Of a stretch of DNA of 64,000 nucleotides, positions 46,120 through 54,541 are shown piece after piece (within the stretch, counting starts at the first letter, position 1; each line of letters starts with the position of its first letter). The stretch is taken from NCBI GenBank assembly GCA_043767805.1, contig JAYUGC010000058.1, positions 1 to 64,000 of the forward strand. The letters run 5' to 3'. A model generated the notes under the pieces. The model ran no database searches. It saw nothing but the letters and a program-made list of their open reading frames with translations, and had not been told where the DNA came from. Source of the DNA: Pseudomonadota bacterium (lineage in GTDB: Bacteria > Bdellovibrionota > FAC87 > UBA2466). Made by a program: the position numbers and the translations under genes.

Positions 46120-48003
46120 ATGCGCGTCCTTCTCCTCACGCCCCCAATGACTCAAGTTAATACGCCGTACCCGGCGACCGCTTATCTCACGGGATTTTTG
46201 CGCGGCCGGGGTTACGACGCTCGTCAGGAAGATCCCGCGCTCGAATTGATTCTGCGTCTCCTTAGCCGCGACGGCCTCGCCGATATTTTCTCGGAGCTGA
46301 AAAAGCGCGCGAAGAAAAAGGGAACGCCCGCGAGTGTGCGCCATTGTCTCGCGCACGCGGACGCGTACCTCGCGACCATCGATCCGGTCATTCGCTTTTT
46401 GCAGGGTAAGGATGAGACGCTGTCTCATCGCCTGGCTCAAGACGGGTTCGTGCCGCGCGGGGCCCGCTTCGAGGCGCTCGCGCAAATGGAAGCCGACGGG
46501 GAGGGCGCTCAGTGGGCGTTCGGCTCGCTCGGCGTGAGAGATCGGGCGAGGCATGTGGCGAGTCTCTACGTCGACGACTTGGTGGACGCCATCCGCGAAG
46601 GACTCGATCCTCGCTTCGAGCTGTCTCGCTACGGAGAAAAACTCGCCAGCAGCGCGCCGTCTTTCGATCCCATCGAAGACGCGCTTAAAGCCGAGCCGAC
46701 TTTGGTTGATAGGAGTCTAGACGAGCTGACTCTTGGTCTAATGAAAAAGCACGAGCCTCAGGTGGTCGGGCTCACTGTTCCCTTTCCGGGAAACGTGTAC
46801 GGCGCGTTTCGCATCGCTCAAGCGATTCGGCGCGCGTTTCCCAAAGTGAAAATCATTTTAGGCGGCGGCTACGTGAACACCGAGCTTCGCGAGCTAACCG
46901 ACGCCCGTGTTTTTGATTACGTGGACTACGTCACCTTGGATGACGGGGAAGCGCCGTTCCTGAGACTTCTGGAAATTTTCGAAGGGAGGCGAGTGAAGGA
47001 AGGCTACTTGCGCACCTTCCAGCGCGAAGCGGGGAAGGTCGTTTTCAAAACGAACCCCCTCATTCCGAACATCGCGTTCCGCGACGCGGGCACGCCGACC
47101 TACGACGGCTTGCCGCTGGATAAATATCTTTCGCTGTGCGAGCTCTTAAATCCCATGCACCGGCTTTGGTCCGACGGCCGATGGAACAAGCTGACGCTCG
47201 CGCACGGCTGCTATTGGAAGCAGTGCACGTTTTGCGACGTGTCTCTCGACTATATCGGCCGCTACGAGCCCGAGACGGCGGATGGCATCGTCGATCGCAT
47301 CGTGCAGCTCGTGGAAGAGACCGGTGAGACGGGCTTTCATTTCGTCGACGAGGCCGCGCCTCCGAAATTACTCGCGGCCATGGCGACGCGTCTGCTCGAG
47401 CGGCAAGTCACCATCACCTGGTGGGCGAACATCCGTTTCGAGAAGACGTTTACCCCCGAGCTCGCGCGCCTTCTCGCCGCTTCGGGTTGCATCGCGATGA
47501 GCGGTGGTCTCGAAGTTGCGTCCGACCGGCTTTTAGGTTTGATGAAAAAGGGCGTTACGGTCGAGCAAGTCGCGCGCGTGACCCATGCTCTGACCGAAGC
47601 CGGCATCATGGTGCATTCGTATTTAATGTACGGATTTCCCACGCAAACCTTGCAAGAGACCATCGATTCCTTGGAACGCGTGCGCCAGCTTTTCGCGGCG
47701 GGGTGCTTGCAGTCGGCGTTCTGGCATCGCTTCACGGCGACCGTGCATAGTCCCGTGGGCAAAGACCCGAAGGCTTACGGTATCGAGCTCAGGCCTGTTC
47801 CCTCGACGTTTGCGAAAAATGAAGTGCCCTTCCACGATCCCACCGGCGTCGACCACGACGCTCTGCGCCCAGGGCTAAAGAGAGCCCTCTACAATTACAT
47901 GCATGGGATCGGTCTCGACGAGGATGTTCGCGCCTGGTTCGACGAGCCCGTGCCGAAAGCGAAAGTCCCCCGCCGCCTGGTCGAAAACGCCCTTCGGCAG
48001 TAA
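46120..48003 (+). CDS. B12-binding-domain-type radical SAM protein
   Basis: HGCYWKQCTFCD cluster motif (Cx4Cx2C), IILGGG, FVDEA, YLMYGFP. Confidence 0.88.
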   Translation: MRVLLLTPPMTQVNTPYPATAYLTGFLRGRGYDARQEDPALELILRLLSRDGLADIFSELKKRAKKKGTPASVRHCLAHADAYLATIDPVIRFLQGKDETLSHRLAQDGFVPRGARFEALAQMEADGEGAQWAFGSLGVRDRARHVASLYVDDLVDAIREGLDPRFELSRYGEKLASSAPSFDPIEDALKAEPTLVDRSLDELTLGLMKKHEPQVVGLTVPFPGNVYGAFRIAQAIRRAFPKVKIILGGGYVNTELRELTDARVFDYVDYVTLDDGEAPFLRLLEIFEGRRVKEGYLRTFQREAGKVVFKTNPLIPNIAFRDAGTPTYDGLPLDKYLSLCELLNPMHRLWSDGRWNKLTLAHGCYWKQCTFCDVSLDYIGRYEPETADGIVDRIVQLVEETGETGFHFVDEAAPPKLLAAMATRLLERQVTITWWANIRFEKTFTPELARLLAASGCIAMSGGLEVASDRLLGLMKKGVTVEQVARVTHALTEAGIMVHSYLMYGFPTQTLQETIDSLERVRQLFAAGCLQSAFWHRFTATVHSPVGKDPKAYGIELRPVPSTFAKNEVPFHDPTGVDHDALRPGLKRALYNYMHGIGLDEDVRAWFDEPVPKAKVPRRLVENALRQ

Positions 48004-48066
48004 CGCGGGTGCGCATTACAAGCGCCGGGCTCTGGGTTACGGATCACCTCTATATAGAGGGGAACC

Positions 48067-49041
48067 ATGCGCATTCTTTCCATTCTCACGCTTTTCGTCC
48101 TGGGGTCGAACGTCTTTGCCGAAACGAAGACGTATCAGTTCATGTTCAAAAACTACCCGAAAAGCTCCGCCGGTTGCCACGCGGCTGCCGCCGAAGCGGG
48201 AGTGAAGTTCACCCAAGGGTCGGGCCAGGCGGTAAAGACCGCTCGTTGTGTCGCGGATGATATCGACACCTACCGTATCCTCATCGAGTATGAGGCCGAA
48301 GCGCCTGTCGCCTGGATCGCGAACTCGAATAACCTTTCCTTGTATCCCTCGGGCCAATTCAAAACCCTCGCGGCTTGTCAGGCGGAAGTACCGGCCCTTT
48401 CCCAAGTGTTTCAAAAGGAAACTGGTCTCGCACCGACCTTCGCCTACTGCGAAGGCGATTTCTTTTCGCAGTCGTATCCCTGGTACGTACGCCTCGATGC
48501 GTTTGGCACCACCGCGCGTCCGCCGCGTCTGGACGGTTTCCTGATCTTCGCGCTGCCCCTCAACTACGCGCCCGGCGTGTACGGCACGGAGTTGACCTCC
48601 GCATTGAGTAGCCTTGGCGTGACGGCGACCACGGTGCGCACGCATTCCAAAGGCGGCTATGCGGCGATATCGGTTCACTACTACGGCAAAGATCGCGTGC
48701 GCTTCGACGCGAAGGAAATTACCCGCTCCGGAAAAAAAGAAGAGTGCCTGGATCAGCTGGCCTCGGTGAAGGCGGCTTTGGGGACTTTCGATACGAAGCC
48801 GCTCCTCGCCTATTGTGGAACGGACATGCTCGGCACCACCGAGCTGACGGTGGTCTATCCGGGTCAATCGGACGTGCGCTTTTCTCTCGCGTCCGAGGTC
48901 TCGGCGACGTTTGCGGATTGTTTGGCGGGCCGGGACGCGCTTGTGACGAAGTACCAAACGGAATTGAAGCTTCCGGTTAAAGGCGGCGTCTGCACGAGAA
49001 GCAATCGCGGCTACCAAGTCCGGATGTTCGAGAAGATCTAA
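48067..49041 (+). CDS. Secreted protein with repeated Cys-pair modules
   Basis: Signal peptide ending VFA; four C-x~23-C modules. Confidence 0.7.
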   Translation: MRILSILTLFVLGSNVFAETKTYQFMFKNYPKSSAGCHAAAAEAGVKFTQGSGQAVKTARCVADDIDTYRILIEYEAEAPVAWIANSNNLSLYPSGQFKTLAACQAEVPALSQVFQKETGLAPTFAYCEGDFFSQSYPWYVRLDAFGTTARPPRLDGFLIFALPLNYAPGVYGTELTSALSSLGVTATTVRTHSKGGYAAISVHYYGKDRVRFDAKEITRSGKKEECLDQLASVKAALGTFDTKPLLAYCGTDMLGTTELTVVYPGQSDVRFSLASEVSATFADCLAGRDALVTKYQTELKLPVKGGVCTRSNRGYQVRMFEKI

Positions 49042-49223
49042 TGGCGGCAGTTCAAGTCAAAACGAAAGCGGTATCGGGAAGGGTGCGCTATTACCCGGTG
49101 GGTCCGAACGCGGCCCACGTGACTCAGCTGACGAAGAAGAAAACTTTGTCCGAGCTGGATCTCGAAGCCTTGAAGGCCCTCGGTTGCACAATCGAGCGCC
49201 TCCCAGGCGAGCCTGAGATCTAA
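49041..49223 (+). CDS. Small hypothetical protein
   Basis: TAATG overlap with the upstream gene; YYPV...KTLSELDLEALKALG. Confidence 0.6.
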   Translation: MAAVQVKTKAVSGRVRYYPVGPNAAHVTQLTKKKTLSELDLEALKALGCTIERLPGEPEI

Positions 49224-49279
49224 AAGGTACCTTTCAGCTAGGCGTGGCCTGGTTTTTGATCGGTTTTTTGGGGGATGGA

Positions 49280-50614
49280 ATGATTCGTTGGTCGTTAGTG
49301 GCTTTGTTAGTTGCCGGTGCGCTTGCTTTCGCGGGGGAAGAGCCGCAGTTTTGGTACACGGCGAAGGGCTCCACGGAAGCCTCGCTGGATTTCAACGCGG
49401 CGGTTGAGTTCACGCCTCGCGGAGCGCCCGACGCGTCGAAGGTTCAGCAAGCCATCGAAGCGCAAGTGCTTCACCTCTTCGGCCCCATGGCGGCCGCCTT
49501 GGCTCCCGCCGTTCCAAAAACCGACCACCGCATTACCGACGTCAAAGTCGAAAAGGTGGAAGGGGAGGCGGGCGTTTACCGCGCGACTTATCATTACCAA
49601 GGCACCATCGTCGTTCACAACGGCCCGCGCACCCGTTACGACATTCTGCTTCCGATCCGGCCCGGAAAAATTTACGAGCAGTCTCTCGTGAAAAAGGGCG
49701 CCTACCTCTTCAATGTTTGCACCGATCCGCACTATCAGGCGAAGAGCGATTTTTGGTATTTCTGGAATCCGGAACAAGCCGGCTGTCCGCTTCAAGAGGG
49801 CGTCCACTTCGCGCGCGTACGGGGCGCCATCGAGCGCTCGCCGAACACGCGGCTCACCTACCCTGAGTACGATCGCCTGGTCGATGCAAAGGGCATAGTG
49901 CGCGTCGACGTTTTCTTCGGCATGGATGATTCCACCCATTCGCCGGATCCGATCCACTCGGGCGACTGGAATGCGGCGGCGTTTCGCAACTTCCGCAAGA
50001 CGCTCGTCTCTCTCGGTTTCGACGAGAAAGTGCTCACGACGGAAGAGATCAGAAAAATCCTGGTCAGCCGGGTGAGCACCGTCCCGTATCTCTCCACCTT
50101 CAGCTGGACGGGAAAGAAAGCTTCGATTGTCGTACGCGCTTTCTTCGGGCCGACGAGTTTGGATGAGCACAGTCTAGCCTTTCACCTGCTGCTTGCCGAT
50201 GCGTTTGCGAGAAGTTCCGTCGTCATTCACGACGGCCATTCCGGTCTCGGCACCACCTTGGACTTGGAAGCCATCGAGCAGCTGCGCCGCTTTCAGCTAA
50301 AGCCCAACCCGAAGCGGTACCAGATCTATTACTTCAATAGCTGCACGTCTTATCCTTATTATCAGAGAGATTTCTTCGCCCGCAAACGCACCACTGCCGA
50401 TCCGTCGGGCACCCGGCAGCTGGACATCGTCACCAACGGCTTGGCGGCGCCGTTTGATCCGGGCGCCACGGCGAACCTCGCCCTCATCCGCGCGGTTCAG
50501 CGCTGGTCGGCCGGTTACGCGCCTCCCAGCTATCAACGCCTGGCTGAGCTCCTTACCGAAGACGTCTTACTTGGGGTCAACGGTGACGAAGACAATCCTT
50601 CGTCGCGTCCCTGA
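49280..50614 (+). CDS. Secreted hypothetical protein
   Basis: Signal peptide; CTD.HY..DFWYFWNP..GC, DGHSGLG and YQIYYFNSCTSYPYY motifs (the His/Cys pair recalls caspase-like CD-clan peptidases). Confidence 0.7.
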   Translation: MIRWSLVALLVAGALAFAGEEPQFWYTAKGSTEASLDFNAAVEFTPRGAPDASKVQQAIEAQVLHLFGPMAAALAPAVPKTDHRITDVKVEKVEGEAGVYRATYHYQGTIVVHNGPRTRYDILLPIRPGKIYEQSLVKKGAYLFNVCTDPHYQAKSDFWYFWNPEQAGCPLQEGVHFARVRGAIERSPNTRLTYPEYDRLVDAKGIVRVDVFFGMDDSTHSPDPIHSGDWNAAAFRNFRKTLVSLGFDEKVLTTEEIRKILVSRVSTVPYLSTFSWTGKKASIVVRAFFGPTSLDEHSLAFHLLLADAFARSSVVIHDGHSGLGTTLDLEAIEQLRRFQLKPNPKRYQIYYFNSCTSYPYYQRDFFARKRTTADPSGTRQLDIVTNGLAAPFDPGATANLALIRAVQRWSAGYAPPSYQRLAELLTEDVLLGVNGDEDNPSSRP

Positions 50615-50634
50615 AGAGCTCGTCTTCTCTGTCC

Positions 50635-50650
50635 CGGCACCAGAGTTGCA
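50635..50650 (+). promoter_or_regulatory. Sigma-54 -24/-12 motif
   Basis: CGGCAC-CAGAG-TTGCA. Confidence 0.65.
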
Positions 50651-50679
50651 TCGTTCTTCTTTCAGATACGAAAGGGAGG

Positions 50680-51402
50680 ATGGGCATGCAAATCATTTCG
50701 TTTTTGTTTGGTGTCGGTTTAGTCGCCCTTTGGATTGCTGGGCTCGTCAATAACGTCCCTCAGTGGTACGCGTGGCTCGACATGATCGGAGCGGTCTTCG
50801 CCTTTGCCATCGCGGCGGGAACACCTTCGAAGCTACGCGTTCGCCGGGTGCGAGGGGGAGGCGCCTGCGTAGGTCTCGCGGTGGGACTCTTCGCCATTTG
50901 GCTGCTCGCTCTACGGGACGGGGCTCCGGCTTGGATCGCGTGGGGCAACTTCACTTTAGCGTGCGCTTTCCTACTTACCGGAATCGGATCTCTCGCGACG
51001 CCTGACGAAGACATCCTTTCTCGTCGACAAGGGACCTACGGCAGCTTCTTCGGCGTCTTTCCCGGAGGCGCCGCGGGCGACATGGGATCTCCGTACGGAT
51101 CGGGCTACGGCTTCGGCCCGTTTAATCCCGGTGTGCCCACCGTCGACGAGACGGTGCGAGCCGGAGGCTACCCGCGCATGGATGCTCTCATCGAAGAAGA
51201 GATCACCGAGCGCTTCTCGCGTCACTGGTCTCTCGATGCTTCCGACATCGACGTCTCCGTCGAAGATGGGGTGGTGACGCTCGAGGGAAGTGCCGGCGGC
51301 TGTGGCGATCGCAAGCTCGCCGAAGGTATTGTCGATGCGGTGATGGGAGTGAAGGGAATTCAGAATCGGTTGTCCGTAAGACACGACATTCAAGCGGCCT
51401 AA
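50680..51402 (+). CDS. Four-TM membrane protein with a C-terminal BON domain
   Basis: LDASDIDVSVEDGVVTLEG...AEGIVDAVMGVKGIQNRL. Confidence 0.85.
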   Translation: MGMQIISFLFGVGLVALWIAGLVNNVPQWYAWLDMIGAVFAFAIAAGTPSKLRVRRVRGGGACVGLAVGLFAIWLLALRDGAPAWIAWGNFTLACAFLLTGIGSLATPDEDILSRRQGTYGSFFGVFPGGAAGDMGSPYGSGYGFGPFNPGVPTVDETVRAGGYPRMDALIEEEITERFSRHWSLDASDIDVSVEDGVVTLEGSAGGCGDRKLAEGIVDAVMGVKGIQNRLSVRHDIQAA

Positions 51403-51423
51403 GTTAATAGAGGAGAGTAGAGC

Positions 51424-51939
51424 ATGTACCGTAACATCTGGTTGGTAATCTTGGCGGGATTGGGCGCAGTGGCCTTGGGCGTCGAGCCCACTATGGGATC
51501 CCATACGGAGAACCCGGATATCTACGCTTCGGCGTTGTTAAAACCGCTCCCGGGCTCGGGCCTAAACGGAAACGTCGAGTTTCAAGCGCATCCCGAGGGA
51601 ACGCGGCTACTTTTCACGCTCGCTAACGGGCGGGCGGGTAAGCCCTACCAGATCGACTTGGTCGATACCAATCGGTGCCCGGGACAAGACGTTAACGCTA
51701 AAGCCGAGCCCTTCGCGGCCGCTCGTCTGGCCCATCTCGCCAAAGTGGAGGTGAGAAAAGACGGCATGGCCGCGGCCACCCGCCGGCTTCCGCTTGATGA
51801 CGCTCCCGGTAAGAACTGGAAGAACGTCATTCAGCACGCGGTCCACGTGTCTCAATCCGGAGGCACCCTGTTGGCCTGCGGGGTCGTACAGAACACGGGG
51901 CCGAGTGACAGCGTCGCGGCCAAGAAAATTTCCGAGTGA
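51424..51939 (+). CDS. Secreted Cu/Zn-SOD-fold protein lacking metal ligands
   Basis: GNVEF, conserved Cys, DG.A and LACGVV pattern, but no HxH motif. Confidence 0.55.
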   Translation: MYRNIWLVILAGLGAVALGVEPTMGSHTENPDIYASALLKPLPGSGLNGNVEFQAHPEGTRLLFTLANGRAGKPYQIDLVDTNRCPGQDVNAKAEPFAAARLAHLAKVEVRKDGMAAATRRLPLDDAPGKNWKNVIQHAVHVSQSGGTLLACGVVQNTGPSDSVAAKKISE

Positions 51940-52002
51940 CCTGACCAGAGGCAACTCTTGCCTCTGGCAAACCCATGGGGCGTGAGGTAAGCCTTGGAAT
52001 AG

Positions 52003-52365
52003 GTGAAAAAGCACATTCTCATCATCGAGGACGATCCGCCGATTCGCGAGACTCTTACCGAGCTCTTGGAAGACGAAGGTTTTCTCGTGGATAGCGCCGC
52101 GAATGGCGAGATCGCCCTGACCTGGCTGCGCGCGCACTCGGCTCCCCATCTAATCCTCCTCGACTTGATGATGCCGGTGAAAGACGGTTTCGAGTTCCGC
52201 CGCGAGCAGATGTCCGACACGATTTTGTCCTCCATTCCGGTGGTGATCATGTCGGCCGACGCGCACGTCGAACAAAAAGCGGGACGGCTGGGCGGCGTGG
52301 GATTCATCCGCAAACCGCCCGATATTGACGAAGTTCTTGGCGCCATTGCCAAGTACATCTCCTGA
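52003..52365 (+). CDS. Single-domain response regulator
   Basis: IIEDD, LLDLMMPVKDG, IRKP. Confidence 0.92.
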   Translation: MKKHILIIEDDPPIRETLTELLEDEGFLVDSAANGEIALTWLRAHSAPHLILLDLMMPVKDGFEFRREQMSDTILSSIPVVIMSADAHVEQKAGRLGGVGFIRKPPDIDEVLGAIAKYIS

Positions 52366-52381
52366 CAGGAGCTTCTTCCCC

Positions 52382-53032
52382 ATGAACGAAAAAGAAGCGG
52401 CCGGCGCGCTAGTGGAAATGTGCCGGCGCTTGCACGCGCGCAATCTCATCGCCGCCGCCGACGGCAACGTGAGTCTTCGCTTGGAAGACGGCACGATTCT
52501 CATGACTCCCACGGGAGTGAACAAAGGTTTCTTGAAAGCCCATCAGATGGCGCGCCTCACGCTGAACGACGAGATTCTCTCCGGCTCTCCCTCGGGCGAA
52601 CGAAGGATGCATCTCGAAGTGTACCGCCGCTGTCCTAAAGCCAAAGCGGTCGTGCACGCGCATCCGCCCACGGCGATTGCCTGGAGCGTCGCGCGTCCCG
52701 AGCTCACGGAATTACCGAGCGAGGGATTGTCGGAGATCGTGCTCGCGGTGGGAAGCATTCCCTTCGTCCCCTACGCGCGGCCCGGCGGCCAAGGCATGGG
52801 AGACGCGCTTCATCCGTTTCTTCCAGAGCGCCGTGTTTTGATTCTGTCCCGGCACGGGGCCTTGAGCTGGGGCGAGAGCTGGGAAGAAGCTTACAACGGA
52901 ATGGAACGACTCGAGCACAGCGCGCAGATTTTAAAAAGCGCGGTGGAGCTGGGTGGCTTGAGCCCGCTCGCGCCCGAGGAGCTTGCCGCGCTCAAAGCGA
53001 TGCGCGCGCAATCGGGAGAGCGTTCCCTGTGA
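52382..53032 (+). CDS. Class II aldolase/adducin-family protein (FucA/Ald2-like)
   Basis: DGNVS, TPTG, PSGE..MH, VVHAHPP, RHG. Confidence 0.88.
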   Translation: MNEKEAAGALVEMCRRLHARNLIAAADGNVSLRLEDGTILMTPTGVNKGFLKAHQMARLTLNDEILSGSPSGERRMHLEVYRRCPKAKAVVHAHPPTAIAWSVARPELTELPSEGLSEIVLAVGSIPFVPYARPGGQGMGDALHPFLPERRVLILSRHGALSWGESWEEAYNGMERLEHSAQILKSAVELGGLSPLAPEELAALKAMRAQSGERSL

Positions 53033-54033
53033 CGCTCACCTCCCTCGCTTTGAAGCTCGAAGGCGAGAGGCTTCTCGTCCTCGACCAAGCCGCGCTTCCC
53101 GCCGAGGAAATCTGGATCGAAGCGCGCACGCCGGAGATCATGGCCGAGCTAATCCGCGCTCTGAGAATTCGAGGAGCGCCTCTCATCGGAGTGGGTGCGG
53201 CGCTGTCTCTGGGACTCCTCGCTCGTCAGGGAAAGTCTCGCGCCGTCTTCGAGTCGGCTTGCCACCTTTTGAGAGAGGCCCGTCCGACCGCCGTCAATTT
53301 GATGAGTGCCGTCGACCGGGTGGCGAAAGCTTCCGATCCCTGGGCGGCGGCCGTAGCCATATTCGAGCAAGACGTCGCGCTTTGCGCGGAGCTTGCTCGT
53401 CACGGCAACGGCCTCGTTCAGGACGGCGACCAGATACTCACTCATTGCAATACAGGCGGCCTGGCCACCGCGGGAGTGGGAACGGCCTTGGGCGTGATTC
53501 GCCGGGCGTATGAGGCCGGCAAGAAAATTCACGTTTATGTCGACGAGACCCGGCCTCTTTTGCAAGGCGGCAGGCTCACGGCTTGGGAGCTCGACCGCCT
53601 CGGGATTCCCTTCACGCTTCTCTGCGACAATGCGGCGGCTTCGCTGATGGCCGCGGGAAAAATCTCGAAAGTTTTTTTGGGCGCCGATCGCATCGCCCGG
53701 AACGGCGACTTCGCCAACAAGATTGGGACCTATAACGTCGCCGTGCTCGCCAAATTTCACGGCGTGCCGTTTTATCCGGTTGCTCCTTTGACGACGGTGG
53801 ATGCTCATTGTCCCTCTGGTGTTTCGATTCCCATCGAGATGCGGGACGCGGAAGAGGTGAGGGGGGCAAAGGGCTCTTTTGGGGCGGTTCGCTGGAGCCC
53901 GGCGGACTGTGGCGTCTATAACCCGGCCTTCGATGTGACTCCGGCCCACCTCGTCACGGCGCTCGTGCTCGATATCGGCGTGCTTCATCCTCATGAGCTC
54001 GCGTCTCGCCTTCCGCCGTCTGACTCGGCGTAA
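53029..54033 (+). CDS. mtnA: S-methyl-5-thioribose-1-phosphate isomerase
   Basis: RGAPLIG, ARPTAVNL, LTHCNTGGLATAGVGTALG, DETRPLLQGGRLTAWEL, ANKIGTY, NPAFDVTP. Confidence 0.95.
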   Translation: MTLTSLALKLEGERLLVLDQAALPAEEIWIEARTPEIMAELIRALRIRGAPLIGVGAALSLGLLARQGKSRAVFESACHLLREARPTAVNLMSAVDRVAKASDPWAAAVAIFEQDVALCAELARHGNGLVQDGDQILTHCNTGGLATAGVGTALGVIRRAYEAGKKIHVYVDETRPLLQGGRLTAWELDRLGIPFTLLCDNAAASLMAAGKISKVFLGADRIARNGDFANKIGTYNVAVLAKFHGVPFYPVAPLTTVDAHCPSGVSIPIEMRDAEEVRGAKGSFGAVRWSPADCGVYNPAFDVTPAHLVTALVLDIGVLHPHELASRLPPSDSA

Positions 54034-54091
54034 GACCGAAACAGAGTGCGGCAAAACGCATCGACCCGAGCCATACCGGCGACTTGGGATC

Positions 54092-54107
54092 TGGCACTTC
54101 TCTTGCT
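54092..54107 (+). promoter_or_regulatory. Sigma-54 -24/-12 promoter (consensus match)
   Basis: TGGCAC-TTCTC-TTGCT. Confidence 0.75.
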
Positions 54108-54132
54108 CTCTAAAAAGGATGGGAGGTGTTTT

Positions 54133-54456
54133 ATGAAACTCATTCTTGTCGCCTTACTCGCTGCATTACTTTCGACGCCGGCGATGAGCGCGACCGGTAA
54201 CGTGGCGGACGATTTCACGGGGTTCGACGATACTCGAGAGCCCCCGGGCCCGGAGCCGCGCCTACCGTGGCGAGCCGTGCCGCGCTCTGAGTACCGTTAT
54301 TTTGAATGCACGGCGAAAGACGCGGGTTGGGAAGAACACCGGGGCGGACACTCGGGCTACGGGCCGACTCGTTACCAAGCTCAGCGGCAAGCCTTAGCTT
54401 ATTGTCAGCGTCTGCACGGGCGTTGCGAGCTCGACGCCTGCTTACGAATTCAATAG
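54133..54456 (+). CDS. Small secreted Cys-containing protein
   Basis: RBS GGAGGT, signal peptide, AQRQALAYC...C...C. Confidence 0.7.
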   Translation: MKLILVALLAALLSTPAMSATGNVADDFTGFDDTREPPGPEPRLPWRAVPRSEYRYFECTAKDAGWEEHRGGHSGYGPTRYQAQRQALAYCQRLHGRCELDACLRIQ

Positions 54457-54476
54457 GGCGATCTTCTCCTCGGCCT

Positions 54477-54492
54477 TGGCCCGGCGATTGCA
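54477..54492 (+). promoter_or_regulatory. Sigma-54 -24/-12 motif
   Basis: TGGCCC-GGCGA-TTGCA. Confidence 0.6.
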
Positions 54493-54541
54493 CTGACTTC
54501 GTCGCAATGGATCGGGCTGCTAACGTGGCCGAGGAGAAAAA

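Noticed and set aside
51960..52000. GGCAAACC resembling the start of a c-di-GMP-I riboswitch
   Set aside because: No GNRA-capped P2 stem or downstream GCAAAGC element
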